A stretch of DNA of 64,000 bases from NCBI GenBank assembly GCA_963783385.1, contig CAWANJ010000006.1, forward strand, positions 96,001-160,000, given 5' to 3'. Source of the stretch: an uncultured Gemmatimonadales bacterium (GTDB lineage Bacteria; Gemmatimonadota; Gemmatimonadetes; Palauibacterales; Palauibacteraceae). The notes below the pieces were generated by a model, which was not told the origin of the DNA, made no database searches, and saw only the letters and a program-made list of their open reading frames with translations. This document shows, in pieces, positions 62,649 to 64,000 of the stretch (position 1 is the first letter of the stretch; each line of letters starts with the position of its first letter). Made by a program: the position numbers and the translations under genes.

Positions 62649-63935
62649 ATGTCCGACCAACGTCGTAGGAATCCTCGAAGGGCCCACGTGAGGCGCGTGA
62701 TTCGTGAGATGGGATCCGACCGGCGCGGAGCCGTCCTCGTCATGGTCGCGGCCCTCCTGGTGATCGTCCTCGGGGTCGCCGGTCTCGCCGTGGACCTGGG
62801 CCGCGGCTACATCGCCAAGTCGCGGCTGTCGCGGGCCGTCGATTCGGGCGTCCTGGCCGCGGCCCGCTCGCTGCGCCTCGGACAGAGCGTTGCCCGCCAG
62901 CAGGCGCTGGCCATGGCCCGGGCCAACGGCGTCACCAACACGGGTGCGATCAGCATCTCCTTCGGCACGAACCCCCAGGGCGAGAGCACCGTGTCCATGA
63001 GCGCCTCGGAGACCCTCCCGACGACACTCATGCGACTGCTCGGCATCAAGAACATGGACATCGGCTCGAACGCCACCGCGGCGATTCCGCCGGTGGACCT
63101 GATCCTGGTGCTCGACCAGTCCGGTTCGCTGGGTCAGATGGGCGCCTGGCGAGACCTGCAGAGCGCCGCCAAGCAGTTCGTGTCCAACTTCGACGAGTCC
63201 ATGGACCAGGTGGGGCTGGTCTCGTTCCAGATCCGCGCCGCCGACCAGTTCGACCTGGACCACTACTTCAAGAGCCCGATCGACGGCGCCATCGACCGGA
63301 TGACCTCCAACGGCGACACGGACACGGGCGAGGGGCTGCGGCTGGCCTACGACCAGCTCCAGCTCTCCAACGTCCGCGAGCATTCGGCCAAGGTGGTCGT
63401 GTTCTTCACGGACGGAAGGCCGACGGCCTTCCGGGGCGTGGTCGGGCCGGGAGGGCCCCAGAACGGCGGTTCGGCCCTGGGGCCGTTCACGGCGCCGAAC
63501 GGAGCCAAGTACGAAGACCGCGTCATGGCCGTCTCGACCACGCGCGCGGGCGGCCGCATGCGCGGATACTTCGATCGGCCCGACCAGCTGCCGATGAACC
63601 GCGCCGCCAACCCCAACGGATGCAGGAACGCGACGGTGTGCTGGGGCTGGACCGAGACCAAGATCCGCAACAAGGCCATCCAGAACGGCGGCGTCGTCGC
63701 CAACGCGATCCGGAGCCAGAAGGCCTACATCTACACGATCGGCCTGGGCAACCCCAGCGCCTCCGACCCGCTGCTCCAGCCCGACATGGGCTATCTGGCC
63801 GAGCTGGCCAACCAGAACGGGCAGGCCAATTCCTCCCAGCCCACGGGCAAGGCGTACTTCGCCCCGAGCAAGGACCAGCTCCAGCAGATCTTCCAGCAGG
63901 TCGCGCAGGACCTCCTGGTGCGGCTGACGCAGTAG
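62649..63935 (+). CDS. TadG-like protein with a VWA domain
   Basis: RG|AVLVMVA...AVDLGR...AVDSGVLAAA; MIDAS DQSGS, T, FFTDG; IYTIGLG. Confidence 0.9.
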   Translation: MSDQRRRNPRRAHVRRVIREMGSDRRGAVLVMVAALLVIVLGVAGLAVDLGRGYIAKSRLSRAVDSGVLAAARSLRLGQSVARQQALAMARANGVTNTGAISISFGTNPQGESTVSMSASETLPTTLMRLLGIKNMDIGSNATAAIPPVDLILVLDQSGSLGQMGAWRDLQSAAKQFVSNFDESMDQVGLVSFQIRAADQFDLDHYFKSPIDGAIDRMTSNGDTDTGEGLRLAYDQLQLSNVREHSAKVVVFFTDGRPTAFRGVVGPGGPQNGGSALGPFTAPNGAKYEDRVMAVSTTRAGGRMRGYFDRPDQLPMNRAANPNGCRNATVCWGWTETKIRNKAIQNGGVVANAIRSQKAYIYTIGLGNPSASDPLLQPDMGYLAELANQNGQANSSQPTGKAYFAPSKDQLQQIFQQVAQDLLVRLTQ

Positions 63936-64000
63936 GGAGGGCCGGGGCGGCGGACGGCGGTCGAGCGCCGGCCGATGCGTCAGTCGCCTTTCGTTTCCCC

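Overview
GC-rich bacterial chromosome window. The gene content (PadR plus ADOP-type permease, VPS10/BNR and M14 exported hydrolases, 'RYRIERELG' Ser/Thr kinases, BTAD-TolB-TPR regulator) resembles Gemmatimonadota/Acidobacteriota; this taxonomy is inferred. It carries two ABC efflux operons, an FTR1 iron permease with a Fur-like box, a DEGS-like desaturase / GT1 glycosyltransferase / PhyH-cupin trio, ppc, a kinase-PP2C pair followed by three kinase N-terminal stubs, a tRNA-Gln/Ser/Ser/Ser operon, polX, an MsrPQ-like pair, ligA, a NiCoT transporter, nadA, a type IV minor-pilin operon and a TadE/TadE/TadG-VWA operon. Best observations: (1) two tandem integrase-less islets bounded by a perfect 54-bp and a degenerate copy of the tRNA-Ser(CGA) 3' half; (2) a CxxU SelW/Rdx selenoprotein with a SECIS-like hairpin that the ORF track missed; (3) repeated kinase leader stubs in front of unrelated genes; (4) one unnamed 3-TM module on both an ectodomain-less kinase and a kinase-less TPR protein, a possible split receptor; (5) sigma54 promoters in front of both pilin operons; (6) helically phased repeats downstream of a SARP/BTAD regulator. 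Many genes, including ligA, have frameshifts that are most likely sequencing or assembly indels. All calls come from reading the sequence; no database searches were run.
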